Under the pieces are notes generated by a model. That model saw nothing but the letters and a program-made list of their open reading frames with translations. It did no database searches and was not told where the DNA came from. This document shows, one piece after another, positions 1 to 12,400 of a stretch of DNA of 64,000 nt. Origin of the DNA: Eledone cirrhosa (Eukaryota); the NCBI GenBank assembly GCA_964016885.1, contig OZ024740.1, forward strand, positions 16,430,001 to 16,494,000, read 5' to 3'. The position numbers and the translations under genes are program-made. How positions within the stretch are numbered: the first letter of the stretch is position 1; each line of letters opens with the position of its first letter.

Positions 1-3000
1 TAAATATGGTGGCTTCTAGACAGAGGTTTACTGAGAGACATCAGTCTAAATATGGTGGCTTCTAGACAAAGTTTTACAGGGAGACATCAGTGTAAATATG
101 GTGGCTTCTAGACAGAGCTTTACAGGGAGACATCAGTGTAAATATGGTGGCTTCTAGACAGAGCTTTACAGGGAAACATCAGTGTAGAAATGGTTGCTTC
201 TGGACAGAGGTTTACAGGGAGACATCACTGTAAATATGGTGGCTTCTGGACAGAGGTTTACAGGGAGACATTAGTGTAAATATGGTGGCTTCTGGACAGA
301 GGTTTATAGGGAGATATCAGTGTTAATATGGTGGCTTCTGGACAGAGGTTTACAGGGAGACATCAGTGTAAATGTGGTGGCATCTGGACAGAGGTTTACA
401 GGGAGACATCAGTGTAAATATGGTGTCTTCTGGACAGAGCTTTACAGGGAGACATTAGTGTAAATATGGTGGCTTCTAGCGAGAGCTTTACAGGGAGATA
501 TCAGAGTAAATATGGTGGCTTCTAGACAAAGCTTTACAGGGAGACATCACTGTAAATATGGTGGCTTCTAGACAGTGGTTTACTGGGAGACACCAGTGTA
601 AATATGGTGGCTTCTAGACAAAGTTTTACAGGGAGACATCAGTGTAAATATGGTGGCTTCTAGACAGAGCTTTACAGGGAGACATCAGTGTAAATATGGT
701 GGCTTCTGGACAGAGGTTTACAGGGAGATATCAATGTAAATATGGTGGCTTCTAGACAGAGCTTTGCAGGGAGACATCAGTGTAAATATGGTGGCTTCTG
801 GACAGAGGTTTACAGGCAGACATCAGTGTAAATGTGGTGGCATCTGGACAGAGGTTTACAGGGAGACATCAGTGTAAATATGGTGTCTTCTGGACAGAGC
901 TTTACAGGGAGACATTAGTGTAAATATGGTGGCTTCTAGTCAGAGCTTTACAGGGAGATATCAGAGTAAATATTGTCGCTTCTAGACAAAGCTTTACAGG
1001 GAGACATCAGTGTAAATATGGTGGCTTCTAGACAGAGGATTAATGGGAGACATCAGTGTAAATATGGTGGCATCTGGACAAAGGTTTACAGGGACACATC
1101 AGTGTAAATATGGTGGCTTCTTGACAGAGCTTTACAGGGAGATATCAGAGTAAATATGGTGGCTTCTAGACAGAGGTTTACTGGGAGACATCAGTGTAAA
1201 TATGGTGGCTTCTGGATTGAGGTTTACAGGGAGACATCAGTGTAAATATGGTGGATTCTGGACAGAGGTTTACAGGGAGACATCAGTGTAAATATGGTGG
1301 CTTCTGGACAGAGCTTTACAGGGAGATATCAGTGTAAATATGGTGGCTTCTGGACAGTGGTTTACAGGGAGACATCAGTGTAAATATGGTGGCTTCTGGA
1401 CAGAGGTATACAGGGAGACATCAGTGTAAATATGGTGGCTTCTAGACAGAGGTTTACAGGGAGACATCAGAGTAAATATGTTTGCTTCTAGACAGAGCTT
1501 TACAGGGAGATATCAGAGTAAATATGGTGGCTTCTAAACAAAGCTTTACAGAGAGACATCAGTGTAAATATGGTTGCTTCTAGACAGGTTTACTGGGAGA
1601 CATCAGTGTAAATATCGTGGCTTCTAGACAGAGCTTTACAGGGAGACATCAGTGTAAATATGGTGGCATCTGGACAGAGGTTTACAGGGACACATTAGTG
1701 TAAATATGGTGGCTTCTAGACAGAGCTTTACAGGGAGACATCAGTGGTGTAAATATGGTGGCTTCTGGACAGAGATTTACAGGGAGACATCAGTGTAAAT
1801 ATGGTGGCATCTGGACAGAGCTTTACAGGGACACATCAGAGTAAATATGGTGGCTTCTTGACAGAGCTTTACAGGGAGACATCAGTGTAAATATGGTGGC
1901 TTCTGGACAGAAGTTTACAGAGAGTATCAGTGTAAATATGGTGACTTCTGGACAGAGGTTTACAGGGAGACATCAGTGTAAATATGGTTGGTTCTAGACA
2001 GAGGTTTACAGGGAGACATCTGTGTAAATATGGTGGCTTCTGTACAGAGGTTTACAGGGAGACATCAGTGTAAATATGGTGGCTTCTAGACAGAGGTTTA
2101 CTGGGAGACATCACTGTAAATATGGTGTCTTCTGGACAGAGCTTTACAGGGAGACATTAGTGTAAATATGGTGGCTTCTAGACAGAGCTATACAGGGAGA
2201 TATCAGAGTAAATATGGTGGCTTCTGGACAGAGGTTTACAGGGAGACATCAGTGTAAATATGGTGGCTTCTAGACAGAGGTTTACAGGGAGACATCAGTG
2301 TAAATATGGTGGCTTCTGGACAGAGGTTTACAGGGAGACATCAATGTAAATGTGGTGGCATCTGGACAGAGGTTTACAATGAGACATCAGTGTAAATATG
2401 GTGTCTTCTGGACAGAGCTTTACAGGGAGACATTAGTGTAAATATGGTCGCTTCTAGACAGAGCTTTACAGGGAGATATCAGAGTGAATATGGTGGCTTC
2501 TGGACAGAGGTTTACAGGGAGATATCAGTGTAAATATGGTGGCTTCTGGACAGAGCTTTACAAGGAGACATCACTGTAAATATGGTGGCTTCTAGACAGA
2601 GGTTTACAGGGAGACATCAGTGTAAATATGGTGGCTTCTAGACAGAGGTTTACAGGGAGACATCAGTGTAAATATGGTGGCTTCTAGACGGAGGTTTACA
2701 GGGAGATATCCGTGTAAATATGGTGTCTTCTGGACAAAGGTTTACAGGGAGATATCAGTGTAAATATGGTGTCTTCTGGACAGAGCTTTACAGGGAGATA
2801 TCAGAGTAAATATGGTGGCTTCTGGACAGAGCTTTACAGGGAGACATCAGTGTAAATATAGTGGCTTCTGGAGAGAGGATTACAGGGAGACATCAGTGTA
2901 AATATGGTGGCTTCTAGACAGAGATTTACAGGGAGACATCACAGTAAATATGGTGGCTTCTAGATAGAGGTTTACAGGGAGACAACAGTGTAAATATGGT

Positions 3001-6000
3001 GGCTTCTAGACAGAGATTTACAGGGAGACATCTGTGTAAATATGGTGGCTTCTGGACAGAGGTTTACAGGGAGATATCAGTGTAAATATGGTGGCTTCTA
3101 GACAGAGCTTTGCAGGGAGACATCAGTGTAAATATGGTGGCTTCTGGACAGAGGTTTACAGGGAGACATCAGTGTAAATGTGGTGGCATCTGGACAGAGG
3201 TTTAATGGGAGACATCAGTGTAAATATGGTGGCTTCTAGACAAAGCTTTACAGGGAGACATCAGTGTAAATATGGTGGCTTCTAGACAGAGCTTTACAGG
3301 GAGACATCAGTGTAAATATGGTGGCTTCTGGACAGAGGTTTACAGGGAGATATCAGTGTAAATATGGTGGCTTCTAGACAGAGCTTTGCAGGGAGACATC
3401 AGTGTAAATATGGTGGCTTCTGGACAGAGGTTTACAGGGAGACATCAGTGTAAATGTGGTGGCATCTGGACAGAGGTTTACAGGGAGACATCAGTGTAAA
3501 TATGGTGTCTTCTGGACAGAGCTTTACAGGGAGACATTAGTGTAAATATGGTAGCTTCTAGTCAGAGCTTTACAGGGAGATATCAGAGTAAATATGGTGG
3601 CTTCTAGACAAAGCTTTACAGGGAGACATCAGTGTAAATATGGTGGCTTCTAGACAGAGGTTTACTGGGAGACATCAGTGTAAATATGGTGGCTTCTAGA
3701 CAAAGCTTTACAGGGAGACATCAGTGTAAATATGGTGGCTTCTTGACAGAGCTTTACAGGGAGATATCAGAGTAAATATGGTGGCTTCTAGACAGAGGTT
3801 TACAGGGAGACATCAGAGTAAATATGGTGGCTTCTAGACAGAGGTTTACAGGGAGACATCAGTGTAAATATGGTGGCTTCTGGATAGAGGTTTATAGGGA
3901 GATATCAGTGTTAATATGGTGGCTTCTGGACAGAGGTTTACAGGGAGACATCAGTGTAAATCTGGTGGCATCTGGACAGAGGTTTACAGGGAGACATCAG
4001 TGTAAATATGGTGTCTTCTGGACTGAGCTTTACAGCGAGACATTAGTGTAAATATGGTGGCTTCTAGTCAGAGCTGTACAGGGAGATATCAGAGTAAATA
4101 TGGTGGCTTTTAGACAAAGCTTTACAGGAAGACATCAGTGTAAATATGGTGGCTTCTAGACAGAGGTTTACTGAGAGACATCAGTCTAAATATGGTGGCT
4201 TCTAGACAAAGTTTTACAGGGAGACATCAGTGTAAATAGGGTGGCTTCTAGACAGAGCTTTACAGGGAGACATCAGTGTAAATATGGTGGCTTCTAGACA
4301 GAGCTTTACAGGGAAACATCAGTGTAGAAATGGTTGCTTCTGGACAGAGGTTTACAGGGAGACATTAGTGTAAATATGGTGGCTTCTGGACAGAGGTTTA
4401 TAGGGAGATATCAGTGTTAATATGGTGGCTTCTGGACAGAGGTTTACAGGGAGACATCAGTGTAAATGTGGTGGCATCTGGACAGAGGTTTACAGGGTGA
4501 CATCAGTGTAAATATGGTGTCTTCTGGACAGAGCTTTACAGGGAGACATTAGTGTAAATATGGTGGCTTCTAGTCAGAGCTTTACAGGGAGATATCAGAG
4601 TAAATATGGTGGCTTCTAGACAAAGCTTTACAGGGAGACATCACTGTAAATATGGTGGCTTTCTAGACAGTGGTTTACTGGGAGACACCAGTGTAAATAT
4701 GGTGGCTTCTAGACAAAGTTTTACAGGGAGACATCAGTGTAAATATGGTGGCTTCTAGACAGAGCTTTACAGGGAGACATCAGTGTAAATATGGTGGCTT
4801 CTGGACAGAGGTTTACAGGGAGATATCAGTGTAAATATGGTGGCTTCTAGACAGAGCTTTGCAGGGAGACATCAGTGTAAATATGGTGGCTTCTGGACAG
4901 AGGTTTACAGGGAGACATCAGTGTAAATGTGGTGGCATCTGGACAGAGGTTTACAGGGAGACATCAGTGTAAATATGGTGTCTTCTGGACAGAGCTTTAC
5001 AGGGAAACATTAGTGTAAATATGGTGGCTTCTAGTCAGCTGCTTTACAGGGAGATATCAGAGTAAATATGGTGGCTTCTAGACAAAGCTTTACAGGGAGA
5101 CATCAGTGTAAATATGGTGGCTTCTAGACAGAGGTTTACTGGGAGACATCAGTGTAAATATGGTGGCATCTGGACAAAGGTTTACAGGGACACATCAGTG
5201 TAAATATGGTGGCTTCTTGACAGAGCTTTACAGGGAGATATCAGAGTAAATATGGTGGCTTCTAGACAGAGGTTTACTGGGAGACATCAGTGTAAATATG
5301 GTGGCTTCTGGATTGAGGTTTACAGGGAGACATCAGTGTAAATATGGTGGCTTCTGGACAGAGGTTTACAGGGAGACATCAGTGTAAATATGGTGGCTTC
5401 TGGACAGAGCTTTACAGGGAGATATCACTGTAAATATGGTGGCTTCTGGACAGAGGTTTACAGGGAGACATCAGTGTAAATATGGTGGCTTCTGGACAGA
5501 GGTTTACAGGGAGATATCAATGTAAATATGGTGGCTTATGGACAGAGGTATACAGGGAGACATCAGTGTAAATATGGTGGCTTCTAGACAGAGGTTTACA
5601 GGGAGACATCAGAGTAAATATGGTGGCTTCTAGACAGAGCTTTACAGGGAGATATCAGAGTAAATATGGTGGCTTCTAAACAAAGCTTTACAGAGAGACA
5701 TCAGTGTAAATATGGTGGCTTCTAGACAGGTTTACTGGGAGACATCAGTGTAAATATCGTGGCTTCTAGACAGAGCTTTACAGGGAGACATCAGTGTAAA
5801 TATGGTGGCATCTGGACAGAGGTTTACAGGGACACATTAGTGTAAATATGGTGGCTTCTAGACAGAGCTTTACAGGGAGACATCAGTGGTGTAAATATGG
5901 TGGCTTCTGGACAGAGATTTACAGGGAGACATCAGTGTAAATATGGTGGCATCTGGACAGAGGTTTACAGGGACACATCAGAGTAAATATGGTGGCTTCT

Positions 6001-8100
6001 TGACAGAGCTTTACAGGGAGACATCAGTGTAAATATGGTGGCTTCTGGACAGAGGTTTATAGGGAGATATCAGTGTTAATATGGTGGCTTCTGGACAGAG
6101 GTTTACAGGGAGACATCAGTGTAAATGTGGTGGCATCTGGACAGAGGTTTACAATGAGACATCAGTGCAAATATGGTGTCTTCTGGACAGAGCTTTACAG
6201 GGAGACATTAGTGTAAATATGGTGGCTTCTAGACAGAGCTTTACAGGGAGATATCAGAGTGAATATGGTGGCTTCTGGACAGAGGTTTACAGGGAGATAT
6301 CAGTGTAAATATGGTGGCTTCTGGACAGAGCTTTACAGGGAGACATCAGTGTAAATATGGTGGCTTCTAGACGGAGGTTTACAGGGAGACATCAGTGTTA
6401 ATATGGTGGTTTATAGACAGAGGTTTACAGGGAGACATCAGTGTAAATATGGTGGCTTCTAGACGGAGGTTTACAGGGAGATATCAGTGTAAATATGGTG
6501 TCTTCTGGACAGAGGTTTACAGGGAGATATCAGTGTAAATATGGTGTCTTCTGGACAGAGCTTTACAGGGAGATATCAGAGTAAATATGGTGGCTTCTGG
6601 ACAGAGCTTTACAGGGAGACATCAGTGTAAATATAGTGGCTTCTGGAGAGAGGATTACAGGGAGACATCAATGTAGGTATGGTGGCTTCTAGAGAGAGAT
6701 TTACAGGGAGACATCAGAGTAAATATGGTGGCTTCTAGATAGAGGTTTACAGGGAGACAACAGTGTAAATATGGTGGCTTCTAGACAGCGATTTACAGGG
6801 AGACATCTGTGTAAATATGGTGGCTTCAAGACAGAGCTTTACAGGGAGATATCAGAGTAAATATGGTGGCTTCTAGACAAAGCATTACAGGGAGACATCA
6901 GTGTAAATATGGTGGCTTCTAGACAGAGGTTTACTGGGAGACATCAGTGTAAATATGGTGGCTTCTAGACAAAGCTTTACAGGGAGACATCAGTGTAAAT
7001 ATGGTGGCTTCTAGACAGAGGTTTACAGGGAGACATCAGTGTTAATATGGTGGCATCTGGACAAAGGTTTACAGGGACACATCAGTGTAAATATGGTGGC
7101 ATCTGGACAAATGTTTACAAGGACACATCAGTGTAAATATGGTGGCTTCTTGACAGAGCTTTACAGGGAGATATCAGAGTAAATATGGTCGCTTCTAGAC
7201 AGAGGTTTACAGGGAGACATCAGTGTAACTATGATGGCTTCTAGACGGAGATTTACAGGGAGACATCAGTGTAAATATGGTGGCTTCTGGACAGAGGTTT
7301 ACAGGGAGACATTAGTGTAAATATGGTGGCTTCTGGACAGAGGTTTATAGGGAGATATCAGTGTTAATATGGTGGCTTCTGGACAGAGGTTTACAGGGAG
7401 ACATCAGTGTAAATGTGGTGGCATCTGGACAGAGGTTTACAGGGAGACATCAGTGTAAATATGGTGTCTTCTGGACAGAGCTTTACAGGGAGACATTAGT
7501 GTAAATATGGTGGCTTCTAGTCAGAGCTTTACAGGGAGATATCAGAGTAAATATGGTGGCTTCTAGACAAAGCTTTACAGGGAGACATCACTGTAAATAT
7601 GGTGGCTTCTAGACAGAGGTTTACTTGGAGACACCAGTGTAAATATGGTGGCTTCTAGACAAAATTTTGCAGGGAGACATCAGTGTAAATATGGTGGCTT
7701 CTTGACAGAGCTTTACAGGGAGATATCATAGTAAATATGGTGGCTTCTAGACAGAGGTTTACAGGGAGACATCAGAGTAAATATGGTGGCTTCTAGACAG
7801 AGGTTTACAGGGAGACATCAGTGTAAATATGGTGGCTTCTGGATAGAGGTTTACAGGGAGACATCAGTGTAAATATGGTGGCTTCTGGACAGAGGTTTAC
7901 AGGGAGACATTAGTGTAAATATGGTGGCTTCTGGACAGATGTTTATAGGGAGATATCAGTGTTCATATGGTCGCTTCTGGACAGAGGTTTACAGGGAGAC
8001 ATCAGTGTAAATCTGGTGGCATCTGGACAGAGGTTTACAGGGAGACATCAGTGTAAATATGGTGTCTTCTGGACAGAGCTTTACAGGGAGACATTAGTGT
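1..8100. repeat. Diverged higher-order tandem duplication, ~90 monomers (offset 4140-4142)
   Basis: The rare monomer TTTACTGAGAGACATCAGTC starts at both 1 and 4141, followed by the same variant series. GTG-insertion monomer at 1742 and 5884; GGATTGAGG at 1214 and 5310. The copies differ by whole-monomer gains and losses. Confidence 0.8.
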
Positions 8101-9446
8101 AAATATGGTGGCTTCTAGACAGAGCTTTACAGGGAAACATCAGTGTAGAAATGGTTGCTTCTGGACAGAGGTTTACAGGGAGACATCACTGTAAATATGG
8201 TGGCTTCTGGACAGAGGTTTACAGGGAGACATCAGTGTAAATATGGTGGCTTCTGGATTGAGGTTTACAGGGAGACATCAGTGTAAATATGGTGGCTTCT
8301 GGACAGAGGTTTACAGGGAGACATCAGTGTAAATATGGTGGCTTCTGGACAGAGCTTTACAGGGAGATATCAGTGTAAATATGGTGGCTTCTGGACAGAG
8401 GTTTACAGGGAGACATCAGTATAAATATGGTGGCTTCTGGACAGAGGTTTACAGGGAGATATCAATGTAAATATGGTGGCTTATGGACAGAGGTATACAG
8501 GGAGACATCAGTGTAAATATGGTGGCTTCTAGACAGAGCTTTACAGGGAGATATCAGAGTAAATATGGTGGCTTCTAAACAAAGCTTTACAGAGAGACAT
8601 CAGTGTAAATATGGTGGCTTCTAGACAGGTTTACTGGGAGACATCAGTGTAAATATCGTGGCTTCTAGACAGAGCTTTACAGGGAGACATCAGTGTAAAT
8701 ATGGTGGCATCTGGACGGAGGTTTACAGGGACACATTAGTGTAAATATGGTGGCTTCTAGACAGAGCTTTACAGGGAGACATCAGTGGTGTAAATATGGT
8801 GGCTTCTGGACAGAGATTTACAGGGAGACATCAGTGTAAATATGGTGGCTTCTGGACAGAGGTTTATAGGGAGATATCAGTGTTAATATGGTGGCTTCTG
8901 GACAGAGCTTTACAGGGAGACATTAGTGTAAATATGGTGGCTTCTAGACAGAGCTTTACAGGGAGATATCAGAGTGAATATGGTGGCTTCTGGACAGAGC
9001 TTTACAGGGAGACATCAGTGTAAATATGGTGGCTTCTAGACGGAGGTTTACAGGGAGACATCAGTGTTAATATGGTGGCTTCTAGACAGAGGTTTACAGG
9101 GAGACATCAGTGTAAATATGGTGGCTTCTAGACGGAGGTTTACAGGGAGATATCAGTGTAAATATGGTGTCTTCTGGACAGAGGTTTACAGGGAGATATC
9201 AGTGTAAATATGGTGTCTTCTGGACAGAGCTTTACAGGGAGATATCAGAGTAAATATAGTGGCTTCTGGAGAGAGGATTACAGGGAGACATCAGTGTAGG
9301 TATGGTGGCTTCTAGACAGAGATTTACAGGGAGACATCAGAGTAAATATGGTGGCTTCTAGACAGAGGTTTACTGGGAGACATCAGTGTAAATATGGTGG
9401 CATCTGGACAAAGGTTTACAAGGACACATCAGTGTAAATATGGTGG

Positions 9447-12400
9447 CTTCTTGACAGAGCTTTACAGGGAGATATCAGAGTAAATATGGTGGCTTCTAGA
9501 CAGAGGTTTACAGGGAGACATCAGTGTAAATATGGTGGCTTCTGGACAGAGGTTTACAGGGAGACATTAGTGTAAATATGGTGGCTTCTGGACAGAGGTT
9601 TATAGGGAGATATCAGTGTTAATATGGTGGCTTCTGGACAGAGGTTTATAGGGAGACATCAGTGTAAATGTGGTGGCATCTGGACAGAGGTTTACAGGGA
9701 GACATCAGTGTAAATATGGTTTCTTCTGGACAGAGCTTTACAGGGAGACATTAGTGTAAATATGGGGGCTTCTAGTCAGAGCTTTACAGGGAGATATCAG
9801 AGTAAATATGGTGGCTTCTAGACAAAGCTTTACAGGGAGACATCACTGTAAATATGGTGGCTTCTAGACAGAGGTTTACTGGGAGACACCAGTGTAAATA
9901 TGGTGGCTTCTAGACAAAGTTTTACAGGGAGACATCAGTGTAAATATGGTGGCTTCTAGACAGAGCTTTACAGGGAGACATCAGTGTAAATATGGTGGCT
10001 TCTAGATAGAGCTTTACAGGGAGACATCAGTGTAAAAATGGTTGCTTCTGGACAGAAGTTTACAGGTAGACATCAGTGTAAATATGGTGGCTTCTGGACA
10101 GATTTTACAGGGAGACATCAGTGTAAATATGTTGGCTTCTAGACAGAGGTTTACAGGGAGGCATCAGTGTAAATATGGTGGCTTCTGGATAGAGGTTTAC
10201 AGGGAGACATCAGTGTAAATATGGTGGCTTCTGGACAGAGGTTTACAGGGAGACATCAGTGTAAATATGGTGGCTTCTGCACAGAGCTTTACAGGGAGAT
10301 ATCAGTGTAAATATGGTGGCTTCTGGACAGAGGTTTACAGGGAGACATCAGTGTAAATATGGTGGCTTCTGGACAGAAGTTTACAGGGAGACAGCAGTGT
10401 AAATATGGTGGGCCTAGACAGGTTTACAAGGAGACATCTGTTTAAATACGGTGGCTTCTGGACAGATGTTTACAGGGAGACATCAGTGTAAATATGGTGG
10501 CTTCTAGACAGAGCTTTACAGGGAGACATCAGTGTAAAAATGGTGGCTTCTGGACAGAGGTTTACAGGGAGACATCAGTGTATATATGGTGGCTTCTGGA
10601 TAGAGGTTTACAGGGAGACATCAGTGTAAATATGGTGGCTTCTGGACAGAGCTTTACAGGGAGACATCAGTGTAAATATGGTGGCTTCTGGACAGAGGTT
10701 TACAGGGAGATATCAATGTAAATATGGTGGCTTATGGACAGAGGTTTACAGGGAGACATCAGTGTAAATATCGTGGCTTCTAGACAGAGCTTTACAGGGA
10801 GATATCAGAGTAATTATGGTGGCTTCTAGACAAAGCTTTACAGGGAGACATCAGTGTAAATATGGTGGCTTCTAGACAGGTTTACTAGGAGACATCAGTG
10901 TAAATATCTTGGTTTCTAGACAAAGCTTTACAGGGAGACATCAGTGTAAATATGGTGGCTTCTAGACAGAGCTTTACAGGGAGACATCAGTGTAAATATG
11001 GTGGCTTCTAGACAGAGCTTTACAGGGAGACATCAGTGTAAATATGGTGGCTTCTACACAGAGCTTTACAGGGAGACATCAGTGTAAATATGTTGGCTTC
11101 TAGACAAAGCTTTACAGGGAGACATCAGTGTAAATATGGTGGCATCTGGACAAAGGTTTACAGGGACACATCAGTGTAATTATGGTGGCTTCTAGACAGA
11201 GCTTTACAGGGAGATATCAGAGTAAATATTGTGGCTTCTAGACAGAGGTTTACAGGGAGACATCAGTGAAAATATGGTGGCTTCTTGACGGAGGTTTACA
11301 GGGAGACATCAGTGTAAATATGGTGGCTTCTGGATAGAGGTTTACAGGGAGACATCAGTGTAAATATGGTGGCTTCTAGACAGAGGTTTACAGGGAGACA
11401 TTAGTGTAAATATGGTGGCTTCTGGATAGAGGTTTGCAGGGAGACATCAGTGTAAAAATGGTGGCTTCTGGACAGAGGTTTACAGGGAGACATCAGTGTA
11501 AAAATGGTTGCTTCTGGACAGGGGTTTACAGGGAGACATCAGTGTAAATATGGTGGCTTCTGGACAGAGGTTTACAGGGAGACAACAGTGTAAATATGGT
11601 GGCTTCTAGACAGAGATTTACAGGGAGACATCTGTGTAAATATGGTGGCTTCTAGACAGAGCTTTACAGGGAGATATCAGAGTAAATATGGTGGCTTCTA
11701 GACAAAGCATTACAGGGAGACATCAGTGTAAATATGGTGGCTTCTAGACAGAGGTTTACTGGGAGACATCAGTGTAAATATGGTGGCTTCTAGACAAAGC
11801 TTTACAGGGAGACATCAGTGTAAATATGGTGGCTTCTAGACAGAGGTTTACAGGGAGACATCAGTGTAATTATGATGGCTTCTAGACGGAGATTTACAGG
11901 GAGACATCAGTGTAAATATGGTGGCATCTGGACAAAGGTTTACAGGGATACATCAGTGTAAACATGGTGGCATCTGGACAGAGGTTTACAGGGAGACATC
12001 AGTGTAAATATGGTGGCATCTGGACAAAGGTTTACAAGGACACATCAGTGTAAATATGGTGGCTTCTTGACAGAGCTTTACAGGGAGATATCAGAGTAAA
12101 TATGGTGGCTTCTAGACAGAGGTTTACAGGGAGACATCAGTGTAACTATGATGGCTTCTAGACGGAGATTTACAGGGAGACATCAGTGTAAATATGGTGG
12201 CTTCTGGATAGAGGTTTACAGGGAGACATCAGTGTAAATATGGTGGCTTCTGGACAGAGGTTTACAGGGACACATTAGTGTAAATATGGTGGCTTCTGGA
12301 CAGAGGTTTATAGGGAGATATCAGTGTTAATATGGTGGCTTCTGGACAGAGGTTTACAGGGAGACATCAGTGTAAATGTGGTGGCATCTGGACAGAGGTT

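Noticed and set aside
16-21. XbaI (TCTAGA), HindIII (AAGCTT) and EcoRV (GATATC) sites suggesting a synthetic construct
   Set aside because: They arise from single-base variants of the monomer, and the nested, irregular divergence looks natural.
1-184. Four monomers = 184 bp as a nucleosome repeat
   Set aside because: Arithmetic only; I saw no 4-monomer periodicity in the variants and no phased A-tracts.
11961-11971. Minus-strand Kozak-like GCCACCATG in AACATGGTGGC variants
   Set aside because: A one-base variant of the consensus GCCACCATA; the frame stops after about 23 codons and there is no transcription evidence.
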